From the NCBI RefSeq assembly GCF_963921235.1, contig NC_086097.1:173912001-173976000 (forward strand): a stretch of 64,000 nt of DNA, in the 5' to 3' direction. Of the stretch, positions 14,516-26,144 are shown piece by piece. The notes beneath the pieces were generated by a model, which did not search any database, was not told where the DNA came from, and worked only from the letters and a program-made list of their open reading frames with translations. The position numbers and the translations under genes were made by a program. This stretch comes from Mobula hypostoma. Taxonomy: Eukaryota. The first letter of the stretch is position 1; each line of letters begins with the position of its first letter.

Positions 14516-17089
14516 TCAGTCAGCTTTATCAGGAAGTAGACGATTAATATGCTCCTCCTCTATGAAGTCCATGACTTCAGTAGACAGGTGGTAGATCTCC
14601 CTCATCCTGCTTGCACAACCCAGTGATGATGGCTCCATCAGTCTGACCAGAATATCTTCCACTGGTACGAGGCACATATCCTTTCCACCTGGTTTTGGAT
14701 GGAAGCGCATGTTGGACCCATGAGGGTGGAAAAACTCCACTTGAACATCTTGATGATGAGCATGCACAGTGACAGTCTTTGCTAACCACCAATTTTAGTC
14801 ATAAATGAATGCAAGCCCATCTCCGCAATTAATGACACCAGCAAATATATCTGTCCCCTTCCCGTCAGGACCACTCTGGGGTTCCTGCTCCATTTTCTCC
14901 ATCAGCATTGCCAAAGTCACCACCGTCAGATGTAACAGTTCTTTCCCATTCTGGTAGGGCCATCATTCTCCTCAGCCTGTACCCTAGCAAGTGTATTTTC
15001 AGTCAACTGAAATGTTGTTGGGCTGAAACACTGACACATCTGTGGCTCACTGCAGAAACATAACAATGATCTGCAATGGATGCTGTTTCTGTAAGGTATG
15101 ACCTGATGGATTTTCCTCATTGTTGGTACAGGTTTCAGTAGTTGAGAAAGGAGTGCATCATATGGCTCCATGTCACCTTCAGCAATATGATAGAGCTGAG
15201 TACTGCAAAGGCTTCTCCCAATCATCTCATGGAAGATCTTGCCATCCACAATGTCATTCCCCCGTAGTACAAGGCTGTCTGCAGTCCTTTTCACAGTTCC
15301 CCCAATGCCATCTGGAGCTCCCTTCTCATGTGAAGTGGTGAAGAAGTTCCAGGCTGTTCTCTGGAAACCCAGAGTTGGAGGGACATTGCAGAGGAGAGAG
15401 AAGTTCTTCTTGTTTTTGTATTGCTTTCTGGGGCCATCTGACCATAATTGAACGGGATCAACTTTTGAAATTTTTAAACAAATATCTCTGAGGACTGGTT
15501 CCATGCAAGTCCAAATGGCAGAAGCATCCTGTCAATTGGATTCTGATATTGTACAAAATCCTGCTTTCTCTTTGTTTGTGTAGTACATGCCAGTATGCAG
15601 ATTGAGCTTGGGAGGTTCTGCCCAAAATGGCATGCCTGTACCTCAGAACTGTATTTGCATTTCCATGCCTCAGAAAAGTCCACATGCACAATTACAGTGC
15701 TTTCATTGCAGTTCTGTATCATGCTCCTGTATTCCCTGGACTGGTTCTGAACCAAGCACATGTGTTGCTGTTTCACTCTTTAGTTTGTCTTCATACAGTT
15801 TGATGAGCTCTGTCAGTGTACCATTGTGCTTCACAAGTCTTGTATTGTAGTGAATTCCATCTGCTGTTTGGTCCTGAATTCGTTCCCATTGCTGCCACTC
15901 AACATTGGTCAACTCTTACTGTGGGGTGGGAAGTGTGTGCTTGTGGAGACACCAGGTGCAGGAGCGCAAAAGGCATGCCTCGCTTGTCTGAGAACAACAC
16001 ACAAGGTCAAAACTATCCTCCAATTTGCTAGACTTGACAATACCATATGCTCTTAGGACCTCAAACATTTTCATGGTATTGGCATTGGCATGTCTTTCAA
16101 TCTGATAGTTTTGGTGCTGTGACATAGAATGGACGTAAAGCACAGAAGGATGAATAACTGAGTTTTACAGTTGGTTCCTTTTTAATGAACTCCCTGTGGA
16201 GGTTGAATATTGTGTCAGTTAGAATTATTCTCTGATGCTTTACTTTCTTCCCTGTTATCATGTCCTGTTTGTCAGTCGTCATTTGTGCAGCATTATGGTA
16301 GAAATCCTGAACCATCTGGGTTATTGTTTGAATGTAAGTGGGTTTTTTGTCAGTAGTTCTTCTCTTTCGCAGTGTGTTGTATGTCAGCCCGAACTGCTTT
16401 GTCTGTTGTATCAGGCGATATTTCTTTAGAACCCTGCCTGACAGAGTCAAGTTCTTTGATTTTTGAGCAGACTTGCGGGATGACTGTAAATTATTTTTAT
16501 TTTGATTAAATTCTTGAATGAGACAGTTGTGGGAGAGCAGGGTTTTCTTGATGGAGGGGTTTTTGAGTTCGCTTCCTTGTAGAATCTGCTGGTTTTTTTC
16601 TTGGTGATTCTTGTGTTTTTTAATTTCTAGTTTGCTCTCATCGCCAAGGCTTTTTCAGTTTATTCCTATCTTTTACTATCTCTTGAAGTTTATTTTTCAA
16701 AGCTTTCATCTCTCTCAAGTATCTTGATCTTCTTTTCTTTCTTTCTCTTTCCCCTGCTATAGACTGCCTACTGTGATCTGGCTCCTGTATAGCCTGATCC
16801 AATGGACTATCTGGGGGAGTTTCTGGGTGTTCTGGGCCCTTTCTCTTACGCTCTCTTATCTCTTGCTGTCTACGTTTCCACGCCTTCTCTTACTCCTCTT
16901 TTCCCTTTCATTCAAATCACCGATAGTTTTTATCTTCCCATCCTCTACTCTCTTCTTCCATCTTTGCTTTTCCTTGCTCAGGTATTCCTCCTTTAACTCT
17001 GGTTCACTATATATTTTCTCTTTCCGCTTTTTCTGGTATTCCCTGTTTCTTCTCCTTCACTCCTCCACTGATAGCTGTTGCCTAGCCAT
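14516..17089 (-). pseudogene. Disrupted DDE/D-type transposase
   Basis: Joined frames give a basic N-terminus (MARQQLSVEE*RRRNREYQKKRKE...GKIKTIGDLNEREKR), VKLSYSSFCALRPFYV, a C-x-C...H cluster, HVDFSEAWKCKYSSEVQACHFG, WSDGPRKQYKNKKNF, WNFFTTSHEKGAPDGIGGTVKRTAD, and ...LLPDKAD*. Several stops and frameshifts. Confidence 0.85.
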
Positions 17090-17511
17090 AACTTCCTAAA
17101 ATACATAAAAGGAAGGTCAGAACTTAATGGAATTACTATGAAATGGTGCAAAATTACTATGAATTTAATTATGTTTAATTTGGTGAAACTTTATAAAATG
17201 ATTATGGAATGGTGCATCTAAATTCATTTATGGTTTTAGTCATTGGGGATTAATATAGTAAGGAAATATTGCAGGCCTGTGTGTGGAAGAAATACAGGGG
17301 AAATTATGTATATTATAAATAAAGAGGTTAATGAAACATTACAAGCCATATTACTATTTATTGTGATCATAAATTATATTCAAGTCTCCACTGAGGATGA
17401 TTTGGATGTTTTAGTCAACACCGTCAAACTATGTGTCACCATTGTCAAGACAGAAAACCTGACGATGTTGACATCTGACGGTGGTGACAAAAACACACTT
17501 TTTTACATGAC

Positions 17512-17690
17512 GTAAACACAAGGAATTCTGCAGATGCTGGAAATTCAAGCAACACACATCACAGTTGCTGGTGAACGCAGCAGGCCAGGCAGCATCTCTA
17601 GGAAGAGGTACAGTCGACGTTTCAGGCCGAGACCCTTCGTCAGAACTAACTGACGAAGGGTCTTGGCCCCAAAACGTCGACTGTACTTTT
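17512..17690 (-). mobile_element. Penelope-derived fold-back element inserted in the DNA transposon
   Basis: Same family as 7420, 28231, 36169 and 39734; back-to-back inverted hammerhead motifs at 17611-17683. Confidence 0.8.
17611..17648 (-). ncRNA. Minimal type I hammerhead ribozyme motif (Penelope type)
   Basis: Minus strand reads tagtt-CTGACGA-a-gggt-ctcg-gcct-GAAAC-GTC-gactg: stem I tagtt/gactg, intact core boxes, stem II, palindromic ACGT in place of stem III, and a GUC cleavage triplet. Confidence 0.7.
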
Positions 17691-18227
17691 TTATATGACA
17701 TGCATGAGCTGTATACAGGAGCCACCCTGTTTTCCTTCTGTTGCTAGCTGCCTCTGGCCGCTACTTAAAATGCATAAATTTATGTCATATTTTTAAAATA
17801 ATTCTTTCCATACAAAAGAGACAGTGTTGACACATCATGGTTGTGACAGTAGCAACATCAATAAATATGTAAAAATTACTGAAAAAATAGCAAACTTACA
17901 AAAACTTGTTTGACCTTGTTGCATTTAGCAGATGTGGAGGGTGGAAAGGGGGTCCTCAGGAATATAGTTGACCATGTGGTTGCCTGATTTTATTGCTTTT
18001 TTTAAAATAAATATCTGACGGTGTTGACAAAAACTTGGGGCACATTTTGAGCAACCGCAAAATAAGACTAAATATTGTTGAAAATTCACTGCTTTTAGTT
18101 TTAAAGAGGTCTTTCATCTGGCAATACATATTATACATTTTAAATGATTTTTTTCACACTTTTTTATCAAATTGAAATGATAATCTCTTGTCTGAGGACA
18201 ACTGATTTTGTGGGTACTGGGCTATCA

Positions 18228-18735
18228 TATACTTTATACTTTATTGTCGCCAAACAATTGATACTAGAACGTACAATCATCATAGCGATATTTGATTCTG
18301 TGCTTCCCACTTCCTGGATTACCAATCGATAGTAAATATTAAAAATTCAAATTATAAATCATAAATAGAAAATAGAAAAATGGAAAGTAAGGTCGTGCAA
18401 AAAAACCAAGATGCAGGTCCGGATAGTTGGAGGGTACGGCCCAGATCTGGGTCAGGATCCGTTCAGCAGTGGGTTGGAAAGAAGCTGTTCCCAAATCTGG
18501 CCGTACGAGTCTTCAAGCTCCTGAGCCTTCTCCTGGAGGGAAGAGGGACGAAAAGTGTGTTGGCTGGATGGGTCGTGTCCTTGATTATCCTGGCAGCACT
18601 GCTCCGACAGCGTGTGGTGTAAAGTGAGTCCAAGGACAGAAGATTGGTTTGTGTGATGTGCTGCCCCGTGTTCATGATCTTCTGCAGCTTCTTCCTGTCG
18701 TGGACAAGACAACTTCCATACCAGGTTGTGATGTA
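18228..18735 (-). mobile_element. Rex1/Babar-type LINE 3' end
   Basis: RIIKDTTHPANTLFVPLPSRRRLRSLKTRTARFGNSFFP; tail seen as tactttatactttattg on the plus strand. Confidence 0.75.
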
Positions 18736-20919
18736 ATCATATAATTTATAAAATTAAAAACAAACCTATGTAAAAACATTGCATTTGTGCAAAAGACCCT
18801 CAGGTGACCAACCCCAATTATTTTAAATAAGAAAATGTTACTCATTTTCAACAGAATTAGCACTTTTCTTAGTGGGACGTGTTTTCACCAAAGTCTCAAG
18901 AACCAGTGGCATCAGTCTTTCTTTACAACTAAAGTACAATCTAACCTATTAACTTGATTGACTTTATTTATATTTTACCCAGAGCTAGAACAATTCATTC
19001 AATAGTATATATGATCAATATATTCAAGAATCAAGAAGTTATCAAACTGACTGTTTCTTCTGAGACTTATCATTGATCTCTCAAATTACACAATATACCT
19101 GCTTCACCACAAGTCCAAACTGTGCTGATAATAAAAACTGACTTTTGAAGGGCCACTATGTAATTCTACAATTACCCAACAGCACATCCACCACCATAAC
19201 TACTTCTATTAAATCGCTTTCCTCTTGCCATTTCTTGAAATTAGTTCGCACCTGAGGTCCTCCATTGGTCAGGGCCAACCTCAAATGCTGCGTCCTGGCT
19301 GTCATACGCAAGCCAGAGCAGTATGATATGGAAAGCAAGCTGTTGCCCATGGTAATTTTCTGTTTCTCTCACAGTTTTACTCTTATTCAATTGTATATGT
19401 GTGTGCTGCCCAATAAAGCGCGTGGAGCCTGGAGCAATATCCTCACCCCTGTATTCAATTGCAGCAGGCTCCACCTCTCCATGCAGCAAATGAATCCGAA
19501 GGAACAGCAGAGACTGATATAATTTGACACCAGCGACGTTGCAGGAGTTGCCAGTCAGCGCTGAACTAAATGTAAGGCTGCCTTGGAGACTCCAGCTCTA
19601 GATTTCTCCTCAGGGTTTACTCCTGAAGCTTTCCCCATGATTGGGTATAGCTGTAAGGCAACGGGTACTTATGGTACTTTTCTGTTTCTCATTCAGTTTT
19701 ACTCCTATTCAATTGTATATGTAAGTACTGCCCAATAAAGCACATGGAGCTTGGAGCAATATCCTGACTCCTGTATTCAACTGAGTAGAGTTTGGCTTGC
19801 TGCTGAATTGTGTACTTCCTACTTCACACACAAGGAGAGAATGCAGCTTCAATACTCATTGAGCTATGTCATCTTGCATCAAATGACCAACAATTTCCAA
19901 GGACTGCATTGGGGCAACCCGCAAGTGTCATCACACTTCCAGCACCAACATAGCACGCTCACAATTCACTAAACCTTACCTCTTTGAAAAGTGGAAATAG
20001 CTGGGAGCACCTGGAGGAAACCCACATGGCTACAGGGATAACATACAAACTTCTTACAGTCAGTGGTAGGAATTATTGGTGCTGCAAAGCAATTGCACTA
20101 ACTGCTATGCTACTGTGCCGCCCTAAGAACATGAACACATACACTTAATGATTTAGGGACACTTTCAAACTCTTTACCATCAGGTTTTTGAATAAACTCA
20201 CAAACACTACTTCGTGTTTCTTATTTTTGCACTATTTATTTATCTGGAATTTATCACAATGTTAAACATCTTTGAACTTTACTGCTGCTGCAAAACAAAT
20301 TTCTCCTCACACAAGTCACTGATAAACCTGATTCTGATTAAGGTATAGTCACTGGATTAAAATGTTGAAAATACAACTACTGATTTACACACAGCAAGTT
20401 TCCATAAATATCTATGTGAATGTGACCGGAAACTCTGTTTCAGTAGTGTAGAATCAACACTGGGCCTTATTTTACTAAATATGAAATTCTAATGTCTGAA
20501 TTTAATGCCATGTTTTGAAAGGTGGAATTTCTGAAAGCACAACACTCCCTTAGAGCAGTACTGCAGAGACAGCCTAAATTTCATGCTAATATCCCTCAAT
20601 GTGCTACTCAAGCTGTGGTGATATCACATGTCATGTGTAAGAATGTGACTGGACAGAGTTATGAGCGTGCACAGGAATGTCAGAATGATCAAGAAGCTTG
20701 TATGTTAAGACGTGGTTGCTGTTTGCTGTTAATTAAAAGTTCTAGTTATGTTCTTCCAGAATATATGTCTTTAGGAGTAACCCACGGTACGTATAAAGAA
20801 CACAACATGGTGTCAGAAGTCGGTCTGGAAGAATAATTCGTTTCGCTAACACAGGAGAAGTGAAGATAATTGAAAAAAAAGAGTGCAAACTTTTTTGTTG
20901 TTTGCTAACAGCTTTAAAA

Positions 20920-22083
20920 ATGGGAGCTTTGAAACCCCATCAATGCTTCAGCTGACTGGAAACGTAGCTGACAGCTGGAAAAGACTTAAACAGCATTTTG
21001 AAATTTATTTATCAGCGATCGGAGCAGATAATAAAACAGAGGAAATGAAAGCTGCAATTCTACTCTACGTGATAGAGAATGATGCAGCTGAGGTATATAA
21101 CCATTTCACTTTCGAAAATGGAGATAATTTGAATCTAAAAGCGATAATGGACAAATTTGACGCATTCTGTGTACCGAAGCACAATGTGACATATGAACGA
21201 TACAATTTTTTCAAATGTCGACAAAGATCTGGTCAAATGATTAATCAATTTGTTACGGAGTTGAGAAACCACAGTAAAAGATGCGAGTTTGCAGAGCTTA
21301 CAGACTCTCTCATTAAAGACAGAATCGTTTGCGGCATTCTGGATAATGGTCTACGAGAAAGACTGTTAGAACAAGATTTGAATTTGGAAAAAGCTATGGC
21401 ACTCTGCAAAGCTTCTGAGACTGTGACATCACAGGCTGAAGAGCTTTTTATTGAGAACTGCAACATACATGCTGTGCGCAAACATATTAGAAAAAATAAT
21501 AGAACGGCAATGGAACTGACAGAGGACAAGACGTCATCTGAAAGAAAAAAACTTTGTGATTGCTAAGGGTGGGAGTACCGACCTAAAAAGTGTCCAGCAT
21601 ATGGAAAAATGTGCAATCACTGCCGTAAGAGTAATCATTTTTCATGCTGCTGAAGTAGAAAGGAAATAAAACACGTAAATACAGTGCTTGAAAATAAACG
21701 TGAGGAATTTTATATTGACGTGCTTTGTGAAAACAAACAAAGTAAGAATAACTGGACTATGCCATTGCAAGTGAACCAAAACATTATCCTGTTTAAATTG
21801 GATACTGCAGCACAAGTAAATGTTCTTGCAGAATCTGAGTTTAATGCATTAAAGCCAAGACCAAAGTTACATCAGAGAAATATAAAAGTGACTGGGTATT
21901 CAGGTGCAGACATTCCAGTTAAAGGAATATATGTGGCAAAAGTATCACACAAAAATATTGAACACATACTTTCATGTACAGTCAATATTGGGTTCACCTG
22001 CCTGTGAGAGACTGAATTTGGTAAAAAGAATTTTAGTCCTGGACAGTGACACAGAGTCAGAATACAGAGCCTTGACGAAAGAG
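20920..22083 (+). pseudogene. Gypsy gag and aspartic protease, disrupted
   Basis: MGALKP/SMLQLTGNVADSWKRLKQHFEIYL...YERYNFFKCRQ...IKDRIVCGI, knuckle CPAYGKMCNHCRKSNHF, protease FKLDTAAQVNVL, linker ILGSPACERLNLVKRI. Frameshifts and stops present. Confidence 0.9.
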
Positions 22084-22357
22084 CAAGAGAGAACAGAATT
22101 TGATTCCAACGCAACAAAAGTAAAAGAAGTCATAAAGAAAAGTCCTAGACCCATTCCTTTGTTACCAGCATCCGACAAAGCACTGCCACCAAAACCAAAC
22201 TTGCCAGTACAGTACAATACTAATCTGAAACCAAAGAGTAACAAGAATCAGGATCCAACTGAAGAAGTGAAAGCACAAGTGAAGGAATTGAGAAGTTTTA
22301 TTGAAATGATGAAGTCTCAGCATAAAAAAAGAGATTACACAGTTAATGAATGAATTG
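22084..22357 (+). pseudogene. SH3KBP1: SH3KBP1/CIN85-like C-terminal coding fragment captured inside Gypsy element
   Basis: KKSPRPIPLLPASDKALPPKP...KPK...EEVKAQVKELRSFIEMMKSQHKK(+1 A)EITQLMNEL resembles recalled CIN85 SDNKASLPPKP...KPK...[32 protein letters not shown]. Confidence 0.75.
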
Positions 22358-22743
22358 CGATTTCTTCTCAAAGACCTCAAGAAAGAGCCAACTTCAGAGT
22401 TTCAGTTAACTGAAGCAGACCAGACGAAACAGGAAATAACAACAAAACACAAGAACTGTGTGAACCACTTAGAAGGTCCACTCGTGTTCGTAAACCCCCC
22501 AGAGAGACTGATAGAGACATGTTAAATTATGCATTTGTTTTGATTAATGTTGCCAATTGCTTTTCTTTTTAAGGAAAGGAAGATGTGGTGATATCACGTG
22601 TCACATGTAAGAATGTGATTGGACAGAGTTATGAGCATGCGCGGAAATGACAGAATGATCAAGGAGCTTGTATTTTAAGACGTAATTGCTGTTTGCTGTT
22701 AAATAAAAGTTCTAGCTATGTTCTTCTAGAATATGTGTCTTTA

Positions 22744-23225
22744 CAAGGGGTGATTGATAAGTTTGTGGCCTAAGGTAGAAGGAGTCAATTTTAGAAAACA
22801 TAGCACATTTATTTTTCAACACAGTCCCCTCCTACATTTACACACTTAGTCCAGCGGTCGTGCAACATACGGATCTTGGACCTCCAGAAAGTGTCCACAG
22901 CATGCACGAGGTGATTGATAAGTTCATGACCTAAGGTAGAAGGAGATGAGTTATACAGCTCTCATTACACGCACATGCAGTTCAACTCTTTGAGTGATTA
23001 TGCAGAAAGCTTGAAGTTAATAACTCGTCTCCTTCTACCTTAGGCCACGACCCTATCAATCACCCCTGCTGCGGACACTTTCTGGAGGTCCAAGATCCAT
23101 ATGCTCCACAACCACTGGACTAAGTGTGTAAATGTTGGAGTGGACTATGCTGAAAAATAAATGTGCTAGGTTTTCTAAAATTGACCCCCTCTACCTTAGG
23201 CCACGAACTTATCAATCATCCCTCG
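22744..23225. mobile_element. Tc1/mariner-type MITE, near-complete palindrome, inserted in the 3' LTR
   Basis: TIRs caaggggtgattgataagtt / aacttatcaatcatccctcg. TA at left (22742-22743), AA at right. ~160-bp arms plus an internal second TIR pair. Confidence 0.88.
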
Positions 23226-23789
23226 AATGAGTAACCCACAGTACGTATAAAGAACACAACACAAGCCATCAGCAATCTGACTCAGAAATGAGACTGCTAC
23301 TGAGCATCCACTGACATACACCATGAGACATTAATAGTTTACAAACCTTAATAAAAAGCACCTGCAACTCTAGTTGGTAACCTTTCAGGGAGCTTCTCGC
23401 TCTATTCATATAGCTTATTTCCTTTAAACTATACTCTTGGGATCGGAAATCTTGTTTATTCAGGAACAGAAAGGTTGAGGGGTTCAATCAACCAAATCCT
23501 GCCTAAGGATCAACACAATAAAAAACTTGGAATGCAGCTAAACAGTTGCTAGAAAGAGATTAAAGTACTATAGCACGAGTGTTATAACCAACATTTGAAC
23601 ATTGATTATAAAGATAGATTAGCTTTATTTGTCACATGTACATCAAATATCAAAACATACAGTGAGATGCGTCATTTATGTCAATGATCAGCACAGACCG
23701 AGGAATTGGAAGAGGCAGTCTGCAAGCGTCACCATGCTTTGGGCACTGACATTACATGCCATCAATTTATTAATCCTAACCCAGATGAC

Positions 23790-24070
23790 ATAGGACTAGA
23801 ATTACCATTTGGCCTATCGAGTCCAATTCATCATTTCATCATGGCTGATCCAATTTTCCTCTCATCCCCAATCTCCTGCCTCTTCCCTGTATCCTATCAT
23901 GCCCTGACCAGTCAAGAATCTATCAACCTCTGCCTTAAATGTACATAAAGACTTGGCTTCCACAGCTGCCTGTAGCAAAGAATTCCACAGATTCACCACT
24001 CTCTGGCTAAAGAAATTTCTCCTCATCTCTGTTCTAAAAGGACACACCTCTATTCTGAGGCTGTGTCCCG
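23790..24070 (-). mobile_element. CR1 LINE 3' end
   Basis: TEMRRNFFSQRVVNLWNSL...FKAEVDRFL motif. Confidence 0.8.
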
Positions 24071-24870
24071 TATACTTTTGGAACATGGGAGGACACCCAA
24101 ACAGCCAGAGGAAATCTACACAGTCACGGGGAGGACATACCAACTCCATACAGACAACAGTAGGAACTGAATGTCAAACACTGGCACTGTAAACAATGTA
24201 CACTAACCACTATGCAACATTTTATTAATACTATTATCATGGTCTCAACCGGCAAAGCAAAAGACAGTTGGTCTCTAGCTGTACTCCTCTCCTCACAGTC
24301 TTTTTGAGATAATTAACAAATGATCCTAGCCTATATAGTGTTGGAATCTCAGAAAAACTACGCTGACAAGAATGAGAATGTCCTTATGTCATGTTTTAAA
24401 AATACGTTCATAGAAATATTTCCAATGTAGCCATATTTTTAAACAGCTTAATAATTTATTCCAGCTTTGGTTTTATCAGGCAAAATTCTGATTTTGGCCA
24501 ATACTACAATCCAATTTCATTTTGCTACTTAGCATATCCTTAGGCTGTTTACAACATGTGACAAAATCTTTTCTACAGAACAGTCAATAAAGCAGGCTGG
24601 AAATTATAACTGTCACAGATGTGTGAAATGGTTTAAACAATTATATTCAAATTACAAATTGTGTGAATTCTTTAAAATTTTACTAATTTAAGCAGCAATG
24701 TGGTATTTTTCAATCTGTGTGGTATGTATCTAACAATATACCAATGTTTATTATTCTTTCAGTTGACCATGTGTGAGAAAACTTTCTTCCATGGCAAGTG
24801 ACAACCTAGCCTATTATTCTAAGTTAAACCACATTTTTCTGTTTCTGAAAAAAAACGCAAACACACATAC

Positions 24871-24871
24871 A

Positions 24872-24934
<63 letters not shown>
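24871..24934. repeat. Compound (CT)n(CA)n microsatellite
   Basis: Visible directly. Confidence 0.95.
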
Positions 24935-24938
<4 letters not shown>

Positions 24939-26144
24939 TATTAAACAAGAGCATTTTTACTGAAATCTTTCAATTTCTCTTAAATTAATTTTCATGTTTA
25001 TAAACAGGTAAGCAGTTAGTATCTTCGTCACCTCTGACAATTTTCAAGGATACAAAGGGAAAATTGATAATTAGGGGAAAGAGTATCAACAGGTATGACA
25101 TATAGGCTGATTGTGAGCTCTTGGGGGAAGAAAATATAAATACTTTAGTAAAAATAAGACTGACTTGATATTTTTATTGGTCCTCTACTAGGCTCAGGAA
25201 CAAGAACTTGAGGACACATGACCAAACCCTTCACCATTTTATCACTAATTCTGTCCACTTCACTGACCCCATAACTCCCAAACCTTCATCTTTGTGCTTG
25301 TCATTTTGTTACTTCATCCTTCCACATCTTTGTAATCTCGTCCTACACTGTAATATATCATTTTTCAGTCTATTGTTCTAATTCTAGCTTTTTGTGCATT
25401 CTGCCCTGTTCTTTACTTGATCATTCATGAGAGTGCTGCTGTTGCTAAAGTTTCATCACCAGATTCCTCTCAAATTTCCTCCTTTTTCTACTTCCCTATC
25501 GTCCTTCAAGACACTTCATAAAACCCACCTTTTGACTAAGTTTGGAGTCACCTGTTCTTATTTGGTAATACTAACTTGATTTCTACACATCTTTCAGAAA
25601 TACTTTGAGGAATTTCTCCGTGATAAAGCTGCTACATAAATTAAGTATTGTTGAAAGAACATGCAACATAAAAGAGTTCAAAAATGCCTTAAAAAATAGG
25701 ATCAATGTCACAGTCAGTTATATCCAATTCTGGTCACATGTACAGTTAAGAAATAAATTCCAAAGATAATTTAAAGCACAAATCAGAACAAAGCTAATCT
25801 TGTTCAAATCCCTCTGCAGTTTATTTTCCATCTATTACTCTAATTTCCCCTAGCTTGACACCTTCTCCAATCTCTGTATTAAACCAAAACTCCTAGCCTT
25901 TCTACTCCATTGCTTTGTTAACAGCAAGTGTTCAACTGCGCAGCCAAAAAAGTTTTGAAAATCCTTTCTTAAGTTTCTCTGCCTCTTCACATTCTTTTAG
26001 TAGTTGTTTAAAGTTTTTTATCTTTGACAAAACCTTTAGGTGCCTATTGTAATATCTGTACACAACCTGGCATGAAATTTTGTACAATACCGCTCCTCTG
26101 CATCTTTTTGGAACTTCTAATTACTTCAAAAGAATTGCAGTTAC

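Larger units (their letters stand above)
13600..18225 (-). mobile_element. ~4.6 kb DNA transposon, Sola-like (superfamily tentative); ends approximate
   Basis: Contains a decayed transposase (14516-17089) and eight copies of a TCTGACGGTGGTGAC-like motif. The ends show only weak inverted similarity (cacagccca near 13608 vs tgggctatc near 18218). Confidence 0.65.
20614..23261 (+). mobile_element. Gypsy LTR retrotransposon, non-autonomous, with captured host-like fragment
   Basis: 5' LTR 20614-20807 (TG...CA); PBS tggtgtcagaagt at 20808 (tRNA-Leu type); PPT aaggaaaggaaga 22571-22583; 3' LTR 22584-23261 split by a MITE; 5-bp TSD CAAGC at 20609-20613 and 23262-23266. Confidence 0.93.

Noticed and set aside
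15120..17099. Plus-strand ORFs, including hydrophobic membrane-like ones at 16773-17099
   Set aside because: Antisense shadows of the K/R/E-rich transposase on the minus strand.
14215..18028. CRISPR-like interpretation of the recurring 15-bp motif
   Set aside because: Irregular spacing, mixed orientation, eukaryotic transposon context and no cas genes.
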